A DNA stretch of 64,000 bases from Nitrososphaerota archaeon (GCA_011605725.1 JAAOZP010000009.1:64001-128000); one strand, 5' to 3'. Positions 48,076 through 58,464 are shown, counted from the stretch's first letter. The notes: generated by a model not told the origin, from the letters alone. Numbers and translations: made by a program.

Positions 48076-48479
48076 ACATTCACTCCGTATTTATTTTCAT
48101 CATGGAATGAGAAACACGTCGGCTTTTTTCTAAGGTTCTTCCAAAGTATGTTTGCGCGAGGCCTCTTCGCGAAGCATGGAGGATGTCTAATTTTGATGCA
48201 CGGGTTTGTTTCTCATCGTGGAAAACTTGTTTGAAGCATTTAAGTCTTGGCGCAATATCTTTTTTAAGGCGTGCTGATTGAAATCGCTTCCAATGTGAAA
48301 GACTTACGTTTCCACGTTTAAAAGAAAGACCCGGTTTTTGCGCATGCACAGGTGGTGCAGGCCAAACCCGGAAACTAAGCGGTTCTACTCTTGCAGGCGC
48401 TCCATGGTGAATGGAGGTGAAGCGTGCTAATAAGGACTTGTTGAGAAAAGGTTAAATAGTAATATGGTCTTTTTCCCAC

Positions 48480-48755
48480 ATGCCTGGTCTCAGGATTCAA
48501 ATAAGGAGAGATTTAGAGGCTAGGTTCAGAGAAGCTGCGATGCGCAGGTTCGGCTATTCAAAGGGGGCTCTAAGCCGTGCTGCTGAAGAAGCTATTGAAA
48601 AATGGCTCTCCAGCATTGAGGAGGTTGTTTTTGAAGAGGATCCTGTCGAGGCTATAAAAGGACTGCTTTCAGACGTCAAGGTTAGCTCCGTCGAACTTCA
48701 GCACTCGGCTGCAAAGTCATGGTTCGAAGCTGCTTCTGAAAATGTACCTCGTTGA
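48480..48755 (+). CDS. antitoxin-like RHH protein
   Basis: RFREAAMRRFGYSKGALSRAAEEAIEKWL; overlaps the downstream PIN gene. Confidence 0.8.
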   Translation: MPGLRIQIRRDLEARFREAAMRRFGYSKGALSRAAEEAIEKWLSSIEEVVFEEDPVEAIKGLLSDVKVSSVELQHSAAKSWFEAASENVPR

Positions 48756-49146
48756 CACGAATATTTTTCTAGAAGTCATGCTTTCTCAAGCCAGAAGCAA
48801 AGAGTGCGAAGTCTTTCTGAAAAGCGTTAAGGAGGGTGTTTCAAAGGCGTTCGTAACAGATTTCTCAATATACTCCGTCATGATTATAATGTCAAGCCTT
48901 TCCAAGACGGATGAATTGAGAGTTTTCCTTTCAAGCCTTTCAGCGTATAAGGGACTTGCGATACACCGTAACGGGCTTAAAGACTTGTTGAGAGCAATAG
49001 GTATAATGATGGAGAAGCGCTTAGATTTGGATGACGCCATACAGTACTCGGCAGCTGTGTCGCTCGGGGTGAAAGCCATAGTTTCTTTCGACAAGCATTT
49101 CGACGGCCTGGAGGTTCCGAGGGCGGAACCCGCTCAGCTGATTTAA
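48742..49146 (+). CDS. vapC: VapC-family PIN toxin
   Basis: YLVDTNIFLE, LDLDDAIQY, SFDKHFD. Confidence 0.88.
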   Translation: MYLVDTNIFLEVMLSQARSKECEVFLKSVKEGVSKAFVTDFSIYSVMIIMSSLSKTDELRVFLSSLSAYKGLAIHRNGLKDLLRAIGIMMEKRLDLDDAIQYSAAVSLGVKAIVSFDKHFDGLEVPRAEPAQLI

Positions 49147-49602
49147 GGAGAAACCAGTTTTGCCTTCACCCCTTGAAGAAATCAGTATCACGCACCACAC
49201 CACTATACTGCTTCCCACTGATTCGTCACGCGTGTAGCTTTTTCAAGCAGGCTGCTTGTCTACTAACCAGCATGGCGCCAGCTTACGGTTTAGGGAAAGA
49301 CTGCAAGCCTGGAAAATGGTCCTGAATACTCTCAGATAACGTGTCTGAGCCTATGCTTTTTACAGCTTAATTGGCTATGGTGTGAAAGACCTGTGGGGAC
49401 CTGGGGGGGTGGGCGAAAACTTTTGGATACGGCTAATATCGAATGAGCGGCTCCAGTGGAAGCTGAGGTTGAGTTAATGGGTTAAAACAGCCTGAAAACA
49501 GTGTTCTACTCCACTAGAACTTTCTAAGCAATGTTACGCTGAGCTGGAACAAGTAAACATTTAAAACATGCCTAGAGAGGCGAAACCGAAGGTGAAACGG
49601 AT

Positions 49603-52600
49603 TTGAATCACCCGAGTTTGAAGAAAACATGCTCGATCGCAGCAATACTCGCGTTAATCCTGGTGGTTACGCCGCTAGCCGTAACGGCTCAGCAGGCGTA
49701 CCCGCCTGGAGAATGGAAGTTCCAAATAGTCGACGACTGGGGAAAACCTGTTTCAAGCGCGGTAGCATACCTCTATAATAGCACTGTGCCAGTATCTTGG
49801 AGTACTCCGTGGAGCTTTGAAAACTGGCCCCTTATTAAATGGGGTGAGGCAGACGCCGATGGATGGGTAACAATACCTGAGCTTCCAGGAGACGCTTGGG
49901 ACAGGTGCACAATATCAGGCAGAGAGATAAACTACACTCTCGTAATAAAGCTGAAGATAGGGACTGAAATAACTCCAATAACCATATTCAACGCGACAGT
50001 CCTCAGAATAGGCTATGCTTCAGGCACGCCGACGGCGATGGGCCTCTACACCCTTCTAAACGCAACGACGATCCAAGGAACGTATCCGGGTAAAACATGG
50101 GTAACCAGCCCGGCTCAAGTGAACTTCACGAAAACCGTTGGAGGAAAGGTTTACGGAGGATACAAGGTTTGGCTATACTACGTTGCCCTCCAACCCCTGG
50201 ATGAGCTAGGCTTCCCAATAACAGGCGCGACGCTCGAAGTAAGATATACTTCAGACTATAACGGCAAAACCTACATTGAGAACAAGCCTGTCAGCGCTTG
50301 GAAGAACAAGCTCTACGGAACCTACACTACCAACGGAACACTTGGAAGCGAGCTCGTCGTAGACCCCACATACATATACCATGCTAACTACCAGGTTGGA
50401 TGGGTAGTCCTGAGAATACCCATGATAAACAGCACCACCGCATCCGACTTAGAATACAGGTCCTCGCTGGTAAGCAACCTGACTTTCATATGGAGGTTTA
50501 AGACCGGGACAGTCATAAACGTGACGAAATACTATGCTTTAGCCCCCATTGACTTCACTCCAACCTCCCCATGGGGACACCTTGTCGATGCTAATCAGCC
50601 TGCGGTCGGAAAATACTCTGACTACCTTGGAAACCTGATGGTCAACTCAACGCACCAGGTTAACGCAACCGTGAGGTGGGTACCTATAGACCTGCTCGAC
50701 TGCAACCGCAACAACTGGTTCACGATGAAGGCTGAGGTCTATGCTTTCGACACTGCAGACAAGAACCAGTACATGCTCGCAGGCGTTAGAGTCGGCCCAG
50801 GCTCCTATGTTTTAAGGTATCCTGTTCCAGTTCCGCCCTATGGGAACATTACTCTAGCGCTGGCTGTCGAATGGTACTACAGCGTAGTCAACGTTTCAAA
50901 GTGGAAAGTAGGATACACAGTATCGCCATACGAGATATACGATGAGCTTTCAGACAACTCGTGGAGCAAAGACGTATACGGAGTCCTCTATACTCCCTTG
51001 TACTCCTCTCCGGGTTTCACGCCTACGGGGATTAAGAACAACATGACCTGGGTGGACGTGAACTTCTGGAGCGCCGCAGAGCTTCCTCAGCAGCCAGCTG
51101 ACTTCGCAGCAAAAATATGGCTTCCAGCAACAATAGGATACAGGAAGGCTGAGCCACTAACTGTGTGGTGGAACGGCAAGAATGGCTTTGTAGTACTGCC
51201 CGACATGGAGTACTATGCTGGTCCCAATCATGCCACGATAGATGAACTTGACCCGTGGAGAATTGCATCCAATAAAGGATTCTGGGACTTTCACAGGCAA
51301 ATGTCAATGGGCTGGGCTTACCCAGGATTCGCCGGTAGCGGCTGGCTTCCCACGAGGGAAGTAGGCTGGGTGGACTTCGAAGCATACTACGAGGGAGTTA
51401 AAGTCTTGGACACCTATGCTGAAGGAAAGAGCCTTAAGCTGGACTGCTGCGAAACCGATTTATCACCTTTCCCACCAAGCCCAGATACTGTTTGCCACTT
51501 CAACTTCACGCTGAAAATCTACGAGCTAGGGTTCCGCATAGTCTTCGAGTCATGCGGGCTGAAGATGGATGCTCCGACAGGGGTACCGTTCTTCTTCACG
51601 CATCCCAATCCTGAGATAGGGCTAGTTGGGCCGAAGGCTGTTAGCGAAGGAAAGGTTGATATTGTTAAGGCGCCGACTGGAAACTACAGTAACTTCGCAA
51701 TAGTCTGGCAGATGAGCCTCCTGAGGCCCTATAAGATTCTCTACCTGCTTGACAACGGGACCACTGTAGAGCTGAAAGAGCCGATTAAGCTGACTGCGAA
51801 CATGAGGAATATTCAGCTATACTTCAAGCTTTACAACCTTACTGTAGACACTTGGAGCCAAGACCCGTTCAGAATAGTCAACGTGAACGTCACACTGTTC
51901 TCAGTTAGCGACTTCGGAATAGCTCCTGGAATAGGCATAACGAAGAGGATGCTCGACCAGATAACTGATTCTAAAAGCATTTACTACAAGTATGTTCTCC
52001 CACCAGGCTGGAAGATCTATAAGACTGAGACGGATGCATACGGCTACCCGGTGGTTTACTACCATACTGACACTCAGACCAACTACTGGAATAAGCACCC
52101 GTCTTGGACATACCTGCCTGAGAAAGACTACTGGATATACGTGAGGGTTCCAGGTGGTAAATGGTACGATATTCCGGCCGACTCGCAGAAGGCTGTGAAC
52201 GCCGGCTTTAGAGCCGTGGATGCTAACGCAACCCTGTACTGGAGCGGAGACCCGTGGAACAAGCCGCTCCACCTGAGCGCCTGCTACGGCAACGACAACC
52301 CGTACATAGTTTACACCTACGTGTACAACCCGAAGATAGCGCTGAAGACGGCTTGCGGAGCACCATTAGTGTTCGACGAAACAATGAACTCCGCGTTAAT
52401 ACTGGCTGAGCCATGGGACAGTGGCAACCTGCTCTACTTCATGCAGCAGATAGACCCGAATTCGCGGGTGACAATAGGTACGCCGAGCGGAGTAATAGCC
52501 GCACCGTACAACGCATACCTGGTTAGGAAGAACGCTACCGACAGTAATGGCGTCGTAACCCTCAGCTCGGTTAACGCTACGAGCGTCTCGCCGCCGAACG

Positions 52601-55572
52601 ACCCAGACCTTTGGAACCCGACCACAGGATGGGTAGCTAAATACTACCCGAATCAGAGCAGGTACCTGATTGGGCAGAGCCCAGGCTCAGGCCCGATTAA
52701 GAAGACCACGCCGAAATACAGGTTCATGGTGTATTACAAGGGTGTCCTAGTCTACAACGAGTCCACGGTTTTGAGAAACCCGTACGATGGTAAGGAGCAT
52801 ACTCTAACGACTTCAGTCTATCCATACGTGTTCAGGGTTACGAACGACCCGCTTAAAGGCGGGACAGTCTTCGGAATAGCCAACATTAAGGTGACAGTGT
52901 TCTGGGCAGGGTTAAACGTCACATGGTGGCCTACGAAACACTTGACCTACGAGACTGCGCCCATAGAGTTCTCACTGCTGAACGCCAGCAAGCTTAACAA
53001 GGGCTTCAACATGAGCGTAGTCAAAAGGCTCTGGGGTCCGAAACAGGTTGTGACAAGATACTTGGAGAACATACCTTACCAGCCTGTGCCACCCTACTTC
53101 AGTAGTATGGTTGTCGTAGAGTCAGCGTTAACCGACTCCAACGGGAAGGCAACCTTCCTAATACCAGTCTGGAACTACAGCATAACCCCGAAGATATACA
53201 CGTATGTTGACGGCGATGACGGTGTAATCGGTGGAACCTACAAGGGAGGTCCAAGCAACCCGTGGAACAAGGCTCTTGGACCATTGTCGATAAACCTGAT
53301 GACTGCTGGTGCAGCGGGTAGGACTGGAGCGCTCTTCGGAACACCCGTCTACGCGAACTTCACAACCGTGCCGGGAGTGACGAACAACATTCCTGCCGGC
53401 GACGTTCCGAGGCTGGTTGGAGTGTTAACTGCCTCCGCTTACGGCAGATGGATACAGCACTCTATGAACGCGACAGGCCTGGTTAACACTGCCACGAAAA
53501 CATGGGAGAACACTAGGGTTAAACTAACCTACTCAGATGGTTCAAGCGTCTACAAGGATGGTGTCTCGCTGAACACGACGTACCGTTCCGGCACCATTTA
53601 CGGGACAAGCTGGGAGGCTGCAGTAGGCATGCTCAGCGGAGGAGCATACCAGCACAGGACTCCTGACAGCGAGACTGGGACAACAGTTTCTCCGCCTCAG
53701 CCGGCTGCAAACTGCTACGCTAAGGCTGAGGAAAGAATCATGGCTAACGACATCGGCGTAGTCGTGAGAAACCTGGATAAGGTTGGGCTTCCAAACCAGA
53801 AGGTGACGATAACGAGGGAAGCAATATACGTGGACTCAACTAAGGTTGCCGACAAGGCTGTGCTGATGGAGGACTATACGCCGACGAAGCCTAACGCGGA
53901 TCCGAGCGACTATTACATACTCTACCTAAGGTCGACGCCGAGCAACATCCTATGGGGCATCTACGACTTCACAGTTAAGACTGAGAACCTGACCAAGGGC
54001 ATGACGAATACTCTGCTTAAGCTGAACGACCCGCAGTTCCTCGTTAAGAAGCTGGTAGGCGGAGCTGTAGACTGGAAGTCGGGCATAGTCTACCTAAACT
54101 GGACTGCAAGGCTGAGGGTGACGATACTGACTGAGGACGGCAGACCATTGGAGAAAGCATGGGTTTACGTCGTAGACGCTTACACGAGGGGCAACGTCAC
54201 CGCTGCGATAACCGACACTTATGGGCATGCTGGGACACTGTTCGTCGGAACAGGAAACGCTGTCCCACCGCTGATGATCGAGCCTGGAGACAGGGTTGAC
54301 ATAGGATTCAACCTGCTAAGAGGATGGTACTGGGTCGACGCGGACAAGAGGCTTACAGGAATAGCTGTAAATGAGGAGTGGGACATAACACCATATACTA
54401 AAGAGGTTCCGGCGCAGCCGACCGGAGCTGAATGGATCCAGAGCATAACGTATGGTGACAAAACTGGATGGGCAAGGTTCTACGGCAAGTACTACATCTA
54501 CGTCTACTATAAGCCTGCTGGCTGCAGCGAAGTTCAGGGACCAGTGTTCTCAGAAGTAGTGTTCGACAGCTACACTGCTGAAGGCCAGTACCAGTACATA
54601 TACCTTGGAATACATCCCGAGGCTGTTGCCCCGACAGCTGAGTATGCTGCAAGCCAGGCGAAGGACTATCGTGCGAGCGTGAGAGACCTTAGGATAAGCT
54701 TCATAGACTCCGCTGGAAGGCCTGTGACCGGTGTCACAGTGAAGGCTAGACACCCAGTATACGGCTGGGAGAGCGAGCTCGCTAAAGCCCTCAGTGTTGA
54801 GACGAACACCGCGACGCTGAACAAGGTTCCGATGAAAACAGGTACAAGCTACATGATAGAGGCTGAGTGGACAAGCAGGTACGGTACGAAGGCCACGGCA
54901 AAGGCCTCAGTAACACAGACTGAGACAACGATCTCGCTACCAATATACGATGTTACTCTGAGGCTCCTAACCCCGAGGGGAGCACCATTAGTAGGTGTTC
55001 CAGTGAAGGTTGCCGGTGTTGACGTTGGAGCAACATCCGCAACCGGAGAAGTGGTGGTGCCTCAGATACCTCCAGCAACATATACGGTGGCAGCATCATG
55101 GCTGGATACTGCTTTAAGCCTGCCCTCGCTAACAGTGTCTGGACCAGGTGCAGTAACGTTGACGCCGAGCAACGTGCATGCTCTGACTGTCAGAGTGATA
55201 GGTGCTCAGGGACAGTCGCTTGAAGGCGCTACGGTGAAAGTGACGAAGGGCACTGTGACGGTTACGAGGCTGACTGATAAGGATGGTAAAGCTGAGATAG
55301 AGCTTCCTGACGCAAGCTACAACATTGAAGTCACGTACGGACAGTTCGGAAAGACTGACTCAGTATCCATGACTGCTGACACTCTTAAGACCGTTAACCT
55401 AGACGTGTTCGTAGAGTTCCTAGGCGTAGGCATGAGCATGTCCCAGTTCCTGCTGTTCATAGTGATGATCATAATCATCGTAATAGTGCTCGCCATCGTG
55501 GTGCACGAGTACCACATCTACAGGCGTAAGAGGCTTCCGCAGCTCTTCGGAGCACCGGCAGGACCAAAGTAG
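49603..55572 (+). CDS. very large cell-surface (S-layer-like) glycoprotein
   Basis: Signal peptide, many N-x-S/T sequons, repeated beta-sandwich modules (G-P-L-x-G...T-D-x-x-G), C-terminal TM helix and basic tail; GGTGA upstream. Confidence 0.8.
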   Translation: MNHPSLKKTCSIAAILALILVVTPLAVTAQQAYPPGEWKFQIVDDWGKPVSSAVAYLYNSTVPVSWSTPWSFENWPLIKWGEADADGWVTIPELPGDAWDRCTISGREINYTLVIKLKIGTEITPITIFNATVLRIGYASGTPTAMGLYTLLNATTIQGTYPGKTWVTSPAQVNFTKTVGGKVYGGYKVWLYYVALQPLDELGFPITGATLEVRYTSDYNGKTYIENKPVSAWKNKLYGTYTTNGTLGSELVVDPTYIYHANYQVGWVVLRIPMINSTTASDLEYRSSLVSNLTFIWRFKTGTVINVTKYYALAPIDFTPTSPWGHLVDANQPAVGKYSDYLGNLMVNSTHQVNATVRWVPIDLLDCNRNNWFTMKAEVYAFDTADKNQYMLAGVRVGPGSYVLRYPVPVPPYGNITLALAVEWYYSVVNVSKWKVGYTVSPYEIYDELSDNSWSKDVYGVLYTPLYSSPGFTPTGIKNNMTWVDVNFWSAAELPQQPADFAAKIWLPATIGYRKAEPLTVWWNGKNGFVVLPDMEYYAGPNHATIDELDPWRIASNKGFWDFHRQMSMGWAYPGFAGSGWLPTREVGWVDFEAYYEGVKVLDTYAEGKSLKLDCCETDLSPFPPSPDTVCHFNFTLKIYELGFRIVFESCGLKMDAPTGVPFFFTHPNPEIGLVGPKAVSEGKVDIVKAPTGNYSNFAIVWQMSLLRPYKILYLLDNGTTVELKEPIKLTANMRNIQLYFKLYNLTVDTWSQDPFRIVNVNVTLFSVSDFGIAPGIGITKRMLDQITDSKSIYYKYVLPPGWKIYKTETDAYGYPVVYYHTDTQTNYWNKHPSWTYLPEKDYWIYVRVPGGKWYDIPADSQKAVNAGFRAVDANATLYWSGDPWNKPLHLSACYGNDNPYIVYTYVYNPKIALKTACGAPLVFDETMNSALILAEPWDSGNLLYFMQQIDPNSRVTIGTPSGVIAAPYNAYLVRKNATDSNGVVTLSSVNATSVSPPNDPDLWNPTTGWVAKYYPNQSRYLIGQSPGSGPIKKTTPKYRFMVYYKGVLVYNESTVLRNPYDGKEHTLTTSVYPYVFRVTNDPLKGGTVFGIANIKVTVFWAGLNVTWWPTKHLTYETAPIEFSLLNASKLNKGFNMSVVKRLWGPKQVVTRYLENIPYQPVPPYFSSMVVVESALTDSNGKATFLIPVWNYSITPKIYTYVDGDDGVIGGTYKGGPSNPWNKALGPLSINLMTAGAAGRTGALFGTPVYANFTTVPGVTNNIPAGDVPRLVGVLTASAYGRWIQHSMNATGLVNTATKTWENTRVKLTYSDGSSVYKDGVSLNTTYRSGTIYGTSWEAAVGMLSGGAYQHRTPDSETGTTVSPPQPAANCYAKAEERIMANDIGVVVRNLDKVGLPNQKVTITREAIYVDSTKVADKAVLMEDYTPTKPNADPSDYYILYLRSTPSNILWGIYDFTVKTENLTKGMTNTLLKLNDPQFLVKKLVGGAVDWKSGIVYLNWTARLRVTILTEDGRPLEKAWVYVVDAYTRGNVTAAITDTYGHAGTLFVGTGNAVPPLMIEPGDRVDIGFNLLRGWYWVDADKRLTGIAVNEEWDITPYTKEVPAQPTGAEWIQSITYGDKTGWARFYGKYYIYVYYKPAGCSEVQGPVFSEVVFDSYTAEGQYQYIYLGIHPEAVAPTAEYAASQAKDYRASVRDLRISFIDSAGRPVTGVTVKARHPVYGWESELAKALSVETNTATLNKVPMKTGTSYMIEAEWTSRYGTKATAKASVTQTETTISLPIYDVTLRLLTPRGAPLVGVPVKVAGVDVGATSATGEVVVPQIPPATYTVAASWLDTALSLPSLTVSGPGAVTLTPSNVHALTVRVIGAQGQSLEGATVKVTKGTVTVTRLTDKDGKAEIELPDASYNIEVTYGQFGKTDSVSMTADTLKTVNLDVFVEFLGVGMSMSQFLLFIVMIIIIVIVLAIVVHEYHIYRRKRLPQLFGAPAGPK

Positions 55573-55586
55573 AACACTCTAACCCT

Positions 55587-55615
55587 ATTTCCTTTTTTTT
55601 CTTTTCTCCTTTTTT
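55587..55615 (+). terminator. oligo-T archaeal terminator
   Basis: Pyrimidine tract with several T runs right after the stop of the surface protein gene. Confidence 0.7.
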
Positions 55616-55694
55616 AAGCAGTCCGCCATGTCTTTTTACCGCTGATTAATAGTCTAGAAACCTTTTTTAACAAGGCAGCGTTGAAACAAACGTC

Positions 55695-56528
55695 TTGAGT
55701 CAAGGAAGAACATGCCCGAGGTGCGGTGCTGCAGTAAGCGTAGACGACGAGTTCTGCAGCCTGTGCGGCCTCCGCCTCCCGAAACCGGGTTCAGAGGAGG
55801 TTTTTGAAGAAACTGTTGAAAACAGGTCGGACTTGACGGAAGAGTATGCTCCTGAAAAGCCTCCTGTTAAAAAACCTGTGAAAACCATTAAGCCTGTTCA
55901 ACGCAAGCCAGCCGCGGTTAAAGCCGTGCCGCCCAAGACTCTGGTTTTGAAAAAGTGTCCAAACTGCAACACTCCCGTCAGGGAGGACTTGAAGTTCTGC
56001 CCTAACTGTGGTTTCAACCTTGAGGTTGCAAGGATGAGGCTAAGAATGAGGCAGCAGGGCGTCCAGCAGAAATACTCGAGGAGAGAGTTCTTCAGCTTCG
56101 AAGGCTACCAGCTTGAAGGAGTCCCCATGACCGCGTTAATGCTGATAATATGGGCTGTCTGGAACTTCGGGGTCGCGGTTGTTTCCTCAATGGGCTTCAT
56201 CCAGCCGCAGCTTCCACCATTGCTCTCAATAGTTCCACCAGCCGTCTTCACCACGCTCATAGGAGTTCTCTCCATACTCTCAGCCATAGGCCTCCTAATG
56301 GTTATACGCCCACTGTTCTACATTGTGCTTGCGCTCGTGCTTCTGGAGATACCTGTGTCAATAATGCAGATAATCTATGCTGCCTCCCCGCCCCCAACAT
56401 CCCCCTCGCCGAGAGGTACATCGGTTTTCGAAAACTTCGCCGCCGGCCTAGTCGGCCTAGTCATAGTCATAGGCTTGACGATCCAGCTTCTAAGGGTCCA
56501 CAAGTATTTCACGGGAGTGACTGTTTAA
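55695..56528 (+). CDS. double zinc-ribbon membrane protein
   Basis: CPRC...CSLC and CPNC...CPNC, then about 4 TM segments. Confidence 0.82.
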   Translation: MSQGRTCPRCGAAVSVDDEFCSLCGLRLPKPGSEEVFEETVENRSDLTEEYAPEKPPVKKPVKTIKPVQRKPAAVKAVPPKTLVLKKCPNCNTPVREDLKFCPNCGFNLEVARMRLRMRQQGVQQKYSRREFFSFEGYQLEGVPMTALMLIIWAVWNFGVAVVSSMGFIQPQLPPLLSIVPPAVFTTLIGVLSILSAIGLLMVIRPLFYIVLALVLLEIPVSIMQIIYAASPPPTSPSPRGTSVFENFAAGLVGLVIVIGLTIQLLRVHKYFTGVTV

Positions 56529-56615
56529 ATGAACAGGAAGGTCGTGGCGATAATCCTCCTACTCCTCTTCCTTATGAGCATGGTTGCAGGCATTATTCTA
56601 AGCATTTTTAAATGA
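56529..56615 (+). CDS. 28-aa single-pass membrane microprotein
   Basis: MNRKVVAIILLLLFLMSMVAGIILSIFK*; ATG directly follows the upstream TAA. Confidence 0.55.
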   Translation: MNRKVVAIILLLLFLMSMVAGIILSIFK

Positions 56616-56854
56616 CTCCGCATCCCTAGGAAGCGATTCGCCGCTGTTTCTTCCATAGTCCCAGCTATAAATAACCAGGTTTTTTCTCATTACGCGGAAA
56701 ACCGGATGAAGGATTTTTCGGAAGATGCTTGGATAACTTGCTAGTGTTGTTTCCTTAGGGTTTGTCTCTAACTGTTAGAAGCCGGTTCAACGCTGTCTGC
56801 TTTGCTTTAAAGGTGATGGGTGTTTAAACAGGAGGCTATTCTGGGAAAAACGTT

Positions 56855-56880
56855 TATAAGGATTCCCGTTAATCCTTATA
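56855..56880. promoter_or_regulatory. perfect 10-bp inverted repeat (probable operator) overlapping a TATA box
   Basis: TATAAGGATT-cccgtt-AATCCTTATA, ending 10 bp before the RHH gene. Confidence 0.75.
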
Positions 56881-56890
56881 TGCGGTAACT

Positions 56891-57301
56891 ATGGTTAAGA
56901 CAACCATTGAGGTCGACGAAGACCTTTGGAGGCGTTTCAGCCTGCTTGTGCTACGAGAAAGGGGTGACCGGAAAAAGAACGAGGTTATTGTCGAGATCCT
57001 CAGGGATTATGTTGAGCAGAAAGGCTTATTTGTTGACGACCAACAGCTAGAATCCATTCTTCGAATTGAAGAGGAGCGGGAGGTTTTTCTTAAAATCTGG
57101 GACAAGCTTATTCACGACCCTTTTTACAACGGGAAGTACGTCGCCGTTTTCCGGGGGTCGGTTGTAGGGTGCGATGAGGAAAAGGGGAGGCTGGCGGAAA
57201 CAGTATATAAGAAGTATGGGTATGTCCCGATTTACATCGACAAGGTGGCTCCCGGCGAAAGAAGTGTGGAGGTGCCTTCACCCGAGTTGGCTGTCCCATG
57301 A
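56891..57301 (+). CDS. RHH DNA-binding domain fused to a DUF5678-like domain
   Basis: KTTIEVDEDLWRRF (RHH) plus YNGKYVAVFRGSVVGCDE...PIYIDKV. Confidence 0.8.
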   Translation: MVKTTIEVDEDLWRRFSLLVLRERGDRKKNEVIVEILRDYVEQKGLFVDDQQLESILRIEEEREVFLKIWDKLIHDPFYNGKYVAVFRGSVVGCDEEKGRLAETVYKKYGYVPIYIDKVAPGERSVEVPSPELAVP

Positions 57302-57669
57302 ACTATAGTTTCGAGTATTCTCCTCCAGCACCGTCTTTAAAGGTTAGGCTCACCAGACCCTTCTCCGACCGTTCGCTGGAGCTCCAGGCCAAGCTGGATA
57401 CGGGTGCCGACATGACTGTGCTTCCACAGCAGACTGTAGGTGAACTCGGGCTCATCCCAGCGAGCCGCGTATCCGTTTTATCGTTCGACGGACGGAGAGC
57501 TTGGAGATACACCTATTTTGTAAACCTTTCCTTCAACGGCTTCGAGTACAAGATGGTTGAAGTAATCGACGCCAAGCGTCACGACGCACTTCTAGGCCGA
57601 GACGTTCTCAACAGGTTGAAAATTTCCCTAGACGGTAAATCGTTAAGCTTCAGCCTCCTAGACCCGTAA
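57298..57669 (+). CDS. retropepsin-like (clan AA) aspartyl protease
   Basis: AKLDTGADMT and ALLGRDVL; ATGA overlap with the upstream gene. Confidence 0.9.
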   Translation: MNYSFEYSPPAPSLKVRLTRPFSDRSLELQAKLDTGADMTVLPQQTVGELGLIPASRVSVLSFDGRRAWRYTYFVNLSFNGFEYKMVEVIDAKRHDALLGRDVLNRLKISLDGKSLSFSLLDP

Positions 57670-57771
57670 AGACGGTCCACGCGAGGAAATAACAACTATT
57701 GCGCAGGCATTATATGCCAAAGCTATATTATTAAGCAGACCCGCTAGCTCCCCATCGGCACGAGACTATTC

Positions 57772-58030
57772 TCATGCTAGATGTGTGCTTCTCAAAATTA
57801 AGAGGTCTTGTTCGAAATCTCCAGAATCATCTTCATGACTTTTACTTGAAAGACCCTTTGGATCAAATTTCTCTGCTATCACGTATGCTTCTTTAAGCCT
57901 GTCTTCATAAAATTCTCTTGAAACTAGCGCGCGCTCATATTTTTCAACAATGCGATAAGCCTTTGAGCTTCTTCCCGATATAATAATCGTGAATAGAACA
58001 CTACTATTGACTACTAAAGCAGTCCCTTCC
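57772..58030 (-). pseudogene. internally deleted PIN toxin remnant
   Basis: LVVNSSVLF...KAYRIVEKYE joined directly to VSREFYEDRLKEAY...FDPK; central helix and C-terminal acidic motif missing. Confidence 0.65.
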
Positions 58031-58250
58031 TTTCGTACTCTTTCTCGACCTCTTTCCATGCCTCATCTCTCGTTTCCTCAAATTTTCTAATTGCTTCATC
58101 CAAGTCTACACTTAATCCTTTTTCAAGGCTCTTTAGAATCAGCTTCTTAGCCATTTTGCGAGCTAGCCCTTCAGCAACCCAGCGAACAATATCGTCTTCA
58201 GACACATCCTCTGGTACCTTGATGCTGATAACTTTAGCCAAACTTTTCAC
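58014..58250 (-). CDS. putative antitoxin
   Basis: 78 aa, KVISIKVPEDVSE..., overlapping the PIN remnant. Confidence 0.7.
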   Translation of the reverse strand: MKSLAKVISIKVPEDVSEDDIVRWVAEGLARKMAKKLILKSLEKGLSVDLDEAIRKFEETRDEAWKEVEKEYERKGLL

Positions 58251-58464
58251 CAGGATTTATTGTTCTGTTGAACTTCTCCTCAAGGCAACCGGGCTCGAGA
58301 TTACCTAGGGGCCCGTCCCCTTTCCGAAGCCTTTAACTTTGACGTTCTTCATGACTAAATTCCGGGGAAATCTAGGTTTTCAGCCCAATTGCTTCTCACG
58401 GGTTCAGTCATACGCGCATTAACTCTAAATAAGGGTGCCGACGTGACTGGGTGCGCGCAAACTT

